From: Pseudomonadota bacterium
Lineage (GTDB): Bacteria; Desulfobacterota; WTBG01; JAGOGO01
NCBI GenBank assembly: GCA_043798555.1
Contig: JAZDOO010000229.1
Span: forward strand, 1 to 37,830
DNA length: 37,830 nt
Direction: 5' to 3'
In this document: piece by piece, positions 36,689 to 37,830 of the stretch
How the letters are laid out: each line of letters starts with the position of its first letter
Position numbering within the stretch: position 1 is the first letter of the stretch
Made by a program: the position numbers and the translations under genes
Notes under the pieces: generated by a model
What the model saw: only the letters and a program-made list of their open reading frames with translations
What the model was told of the DNA's origin: nothing
The model's database searches: none

Positions 36689-37830
36689 CTATCTCCCGAT
36701 CTTTAATATTTTATCCACAAGCGCGACTGCCTTGTCCTTATCCATCGCCTTAAGAAGAATCTTATACAAATTCGCGGTCAACTCCCGCGCCTCTTTCGCG
36801 TTCTCCCGCCAGTAAGGGCTTTGACAAAACGCGGCATCAATCTGCACCGCTAACTCATCAGCATTTTCTATCCCATCTTTTTTAAGGATCCAATATACGG
36901 TGAATTTCTGCGCGTCAAAATTCTTCTCAGTCTGTTCCTTTTTAGCCTGATTAATTTCTTCAATAATTTTCTCAAGCCGGGTTAAAGCCTCTTGCGTGGA
37001 AATTTGGCGATCATCATAAAACTCAACCACCGCCTCAGCTCGCTCGCCGATAGGAATCAAATATAGTAGCTCTCCCTCATTATCCAACACGAATTTTTCA
37101 ATGCTTTTTCGCAAATTAATCACTTTGGTATTATCCGAATCGTCATCCTTTTTTAATGCCTGCAAAGTATCTTCCTTGATCTCATAAATCTTATACGGCT
37201 TAGGTATGTCATAATTCTCAACCGCTTTACGGACAAGTATCTGGGTTTTTCGCATAAGCTCCTTATCCACAACAACCCGCTTGGAAAAGGCATTTCGTAT
37301 AATCGTATATAAGGATGATAGTTTCAAATACTTATCCATATAATCCCTGATGTCTTTGTCAGGCGAAATGATCTCATACAGCATCTCAAGCTGTTTGTAG
37401 AACTTATAAAAGGCCTCACGCTTGTCTTTATCCGTAAAATACTCAACCGCTTGCTCAATCACCTTGTCATCCATCCTGCCTTGAATAAACCGTTCATATT
37501 CTTTGGCGTTATTGGTAATAACCGAAATAAAAGCTGCTTTTAACACGCTGATATTCTGAATCACACTTCCAATAACATCCGAATCAAACGCCAACGCCTT
37601 CTCAAGCTTTTCAAATATCCCTACAAAATCAAGAACAAACCCTGACGGCTTCTTCATGCCTTCATCGTCCTCATAGGGCCTGTTAACCCGGGCTATTGCC
37701 TGCAATAACGTATGATCCTTCATCGGCTTATCAAGGTACATGCAATAAAGAATCGGCGAGTCGTACCCGGTTAAAAGTTTATCCGTCACAATAAGAATTT
37801 TTGGAATCGTTTCTTTCTTCGGGAAGATTT
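36689..37830 (-). CDS. hsdR: Type I restriction endonuclease subunit R, C-terminal part; 5' end outside the window
   Basis: ILIVTDKLLTGYDSP, MYLDKPMKDHTLLQAIARVNR (helicase motif VI), GFVLDFVG; the frame is open to the window edge. Confidence 0.93.
   Translation of the reverse strand, partial: IFPKKETIPKILIVTDKLLTGYDSPILYCMYLDKPMKDHTLLQAIARVNRPYEDDEGMKKPSGFVLDFVGIFEKLEKALAFDSDVIGSVIQNISVLKAAFISVITNNAKEYERFIQGRMDDKVIEQAVEYFTDKDKREAFYKFYKQLEMLYEIISPDKDIRDYMDKYLKLSSLYTIIRNAFSKRVVVDKELMRKTQILVRKAVENYDIPKPYKIYEIKEDTLQALKKDDDSDNTKVINLRKSIEKFVLDNEGELLYLIPIGERAEAVVEFYDDRQISTQEALTRLEKIIEEINQAKKEQTEKNFDAQKFTVYWILKKDGIENADELAVQIDAAFCQSPYWRENAKEARELTANLYKILLKAMDKDKAVALVDKILKIGR

Overview
The window looks like chromosomal DNA from an anaerobic deltaproteobacterium (Desulfobacterota-like); this is inferred from protein sequences and gene order only. 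The left part (1-16.7 kb) is housekeeping: rlmB (partial), pyrF, gmk, DUF370, yicC, DUF4416, plsC, ssb, a CIRCE-controlled groES-groEL operon, valS-nadC-coaX-divIVA-yggU, a SPOR protein and polA. The middle (17.1-23.3 kb) is the best candidate for an undescribed system. It is an envelope Fe-S module with a secreted DUF6599-like protein, an AmmeMemoRadiSam-type radical SAM enzyme carrying a twin-arginine (Tat)-like leader, two DUF362 paralogues (one Tat-tagged) and a NapH/NapG-like fused membrane polyferredoxin with an internal RR motif. Further right are a deoxyhypusine-synthase-like gene, a small conserved ORF, cysteine synthase, manC plus PMM/PGM, an MBL hydrolase, a Ser/Thr kinase-FGE fusion coupled to a zinc-ribbon PilZ gene, rnz, a dual-specificity phosphatase and a Rid protein. 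The window ends in the edge of a type I R-M island (hsdR, YgjP-like, radC). Several gene remnants are present (HicB-like, integron-integrase C-terminus, ilvA, Zn-ADH, recD2, DUF1016), along with several REP-like palindromes. A recurring GGGGACGTT/AACGTCCCC tag sits at several fragment junctions. I found no rRNA, tRNA or CRISPR array. All calls come from motif recognition by eye, without database searches.
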